A stretch of DNA of 64,000 nucleotides from a virus. Taxonomy: Duplodnaviria; Caudoviricetes. The translations under genes were made by a program, and so were the position numbers. Below are positions 62,159 through 64,000 of the stretch, one piece after another; positions within the stretch are counted from its first letter, which is position 1, and every line of letters starts with the position of its first letter. Location: positions 32,001-96,000 of the IMG/VR virus record IMGVR_UViG_2600255062_000003. One strand, written 5' to 3'. The notes under the pieces are model-generated. The model was not told where the DNA came from. It saw only the letters and a list, made by a program, of their open reading frames with translations, and ran no database searches.

Positions 62159-63637
62159 TTAAATGCTCCTTCTAGGTTTTATTTTATTGTAGCATGATTA
62201 CGCCATATGGGTGGAGTGATATACCGCACAACTAATAGACTCTTTTAATATTGCAATAATGTCTTAATCAGAGGAATTATAAATATACATTACTATGGAT
62301 AAAATTATCATAAAATTCGAGTGATATACTTTTAATTTTGCATATTCATACATTTGTATCTACGTAAAACAAGAATTTTATCCAAATTACACATATGAAG
62401 GAACGGTGCAATAAAATCCGTATTCTTCGTTTGTTCCCAGTTCCTTAATTTCAACCTTGTGTCGATCATGGGATGATTCTTTATGTACCCTGATTCCCAT
62501 CACATCGTTTTCCAAGAAGCTATAATTTTCACTGTCGTTCAGGCAGACGACATTCCCCATATCTAACTTTTGACTGATAAACGCTATCATTGATGCATTC
62601 ATTTTTTGTATTCATCTCCTTGTAAAATCACTCATTTATCCTAATGTGTTTTATTTGAAAAATTCGAACTATTGTACATCAAACAATCCATAACCCTATA
62701 CCCCTCAATCATTTCACCAAATTCTTCCGTATTTACGAATAATGCTTTACAAGGTTCAGCAGCAAATTTTAAAAATGGCAAAACTTCAATCTTTTCATTA
62801 TTTATACGAACATAAGCAATTGGAACGCCATCAACATACAGTTCATGTAAGCTAAACATATTTAATTCTTTTGTATTGATTCCTTGTAATTCATTGATTC
62901 TATCAATCTGAAACATATTATTCATAGTTACATCTCCTTATAAAATGAGTATTTTAAGTTGTCTACAGTACATCGTTACTCATTACAATATATTGTTACC
63001 GTTGCAACCTAGCCAGCTTTAACTGGCTAACGCTCAGAGCCTAATGCGGTTTATTGTCGCTCTGACGACTTAATAGCTAAAATACCAAGCATTCATTTTA
63101 CCAATCAGAATGGACAATTTAATTCTCTCATTTTCTGTGAATTTAATTTTTAAACGTTCTTTTTTCTCCATCTCTTCGGTAAATTTCCGTTCATCTCTAG
63201 TAATTGTATTTATATATGCAAGCATTCCTCTTAATGCACCAACATTTATATTTTTCACCGTAACCGCCTCCTATGTATTAACTTACCTTATGAATTCATT
63301 ATAACACACCATTTCATTATATTCAAGTAAATGATTATATTTGTTTATTAGATTTGCACTTTCACCAGTCTATATAAACCATGTAAAATATCAGTTTTAT
63401 ATTCGTTTAGACTGAACATATGCATAATATTCTTCAAAAGACTTATATCCACCACGCTGCTTATATTGTATGTATTGCTCCAATACAATTTGATTAAATT
63501 GCTTTGGTGTTAATTCAGATGGATCTAAGTTACCCTGTAAAAAATTCCAATATAGTCGCGATACACTAGATGGCTTTTTCTTAGACTTCTTCTTTTTCAT
63601 GTAATCACCAACTTTCCTCCCCTACATGTTAAATCAC

Positions 63638-64000
63638 CTAATTTGCTCTTGCTGTCTCTTCTTCAGATTTTTCAATGACAACCAAAACTGTATTAACTCC
63701 AGTTCCCGACTCCTTAAATGAACCTTCTGGAAGCTTCTCAGAGTAACCCTTGTCATTTAGCCAGTTACGAAACTGAATGCTTTTGGTATCATTAGCAAAT
63801 GTCCAATGTGGCGACATAATAGCAATAAGCTTGCCTCCATCTTTTAGGCATTCATATGCTTTCAATACATGGTCAACGTCTTTCCCTTTTTCAAATGGTG
63901 GATTCATTACTACTTTGTCGTACTTGGTGAAGGGAATAAATTCTAAAAAGTCATTAGCAATAATATTATATTGCTTTAACTCAAGAATCTGACGTAACGT
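63638..64000 (-). CDS. C-terminal part of an N6-adenine DNA methyltransferase (runs off the window)
   Basis: DKVVMNPPF, GG.LIAIM, F..SGT.V.T. Confidence 0.8.
   Translation of the reverse strand, partial: TLRQILELKQYNIIANDFLEFIPFTKYDKVVMNPPFEKGKDVDHVLKAYECLKDGGKLIAIMSPHWTFANDTKSIQFRNWLNDKGYSEKLPEGSFKESGTGVNTVLVVIEKSEEETARAN

Larger units (their letters stand above)
8976..63349. promoter_or_regulatory. Dispersed 17-bp operator-like repeat (G/T)ATTATATTTGTTTATA at sigma-A promoters
   Basis: Copies at 8976,9016,14426,18862,25377,37708,40118(inverted),45478(inverted),50429,54313,58677,60084,63333. Confidence 0.75.
40..63399. repeat. Dispersed 16-bp palindromic site T(A/C/G)AAA-N6-TTT(T/G/C)A at gene boundaries (~61 copies; four have a TAAAT/ATTTA arm)
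   Basis: Site starts read by eye: 40,1090,1451,1757,2820,5922,6143,7018,7982,8618,9047,13182,15542,15832,16708,16962,17935,18160,18528,18756,19637,21463,22706,23232,24917,25953,26471,27103,27411,27661,28583,30266,30661,30890,31457,32174,34249,37644,46173,46838,47487,48409,48682,49775,49962,50325,52082,52317,52901,53311,53505,53825,54401,56124,58150,58568,61101,62365,62623,62941,63384. Confidence 0.9.
1..64000 (-). mobile_element. SPbeta-like temperate phage/prophage, early-replication-regulatory region (ends not in window)
   Basis: Co-oriented small ORFs; helicase-primase, RecJ-like DHH, AAA+SSB, ATP ligase, DndB-like plus recombinase-fold repressor pair and antirepressor, as in the SPbeta yor/yop regions. 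Confidence 0.85.

Noticed and set aside
1-64000. CRISPR array
   Set aside because: No regularly spaced 25-45 bp direct repeats. The 16-bp sites are separated by whole genes.

Overview
AT-rich 64-kb segment of a large temperate Bacillales phage or prophage of the SPbeta-like type, covering the early, replication and regulatory arm. The host may be Paenibacillus-like (inference). Almost all genes are on the minus strand. Core modules: DHH/RecJ exonuclease, primase, DnaB-like helicase, ATP-dependent ligase, AAA ATPase plus two SSB-like genes, a tRNA(CAU), and a YopQ/YopR(MrpR)-like repressor pair. Main observations: (1) About 60 copies of a 16-bp palindrome T(A/C/G)AAA-N6-TTT(T/G/C)A sit almost exclusively at accessory-gene boundaries. 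They divide the region into RBS-ORF units resembling an integron-like gene-cassette array with Tn916-like tyrosine-recombinase core geometry. (2) A kinase-less agr-like quorum-sensing operon (membrane sensor, AgrB, unannotated AgrD, stand-alone LytTR) lies directly downstream of the MrpR-like repressor, with an orphan MazF nearby and no arbitrium genes in the window. (3) A radical SAM/SPASM RiPP cassette has an unannotated 59-aa precursor. (4) A 17-bp operator-like repeat recurs at sigma-A promoters, and there are three LexA boxes. (5) Several genes, including replication genes, appear to use ATT/ATA/CTG starts. All calls come from reading motifs by eye; no database searches were run.
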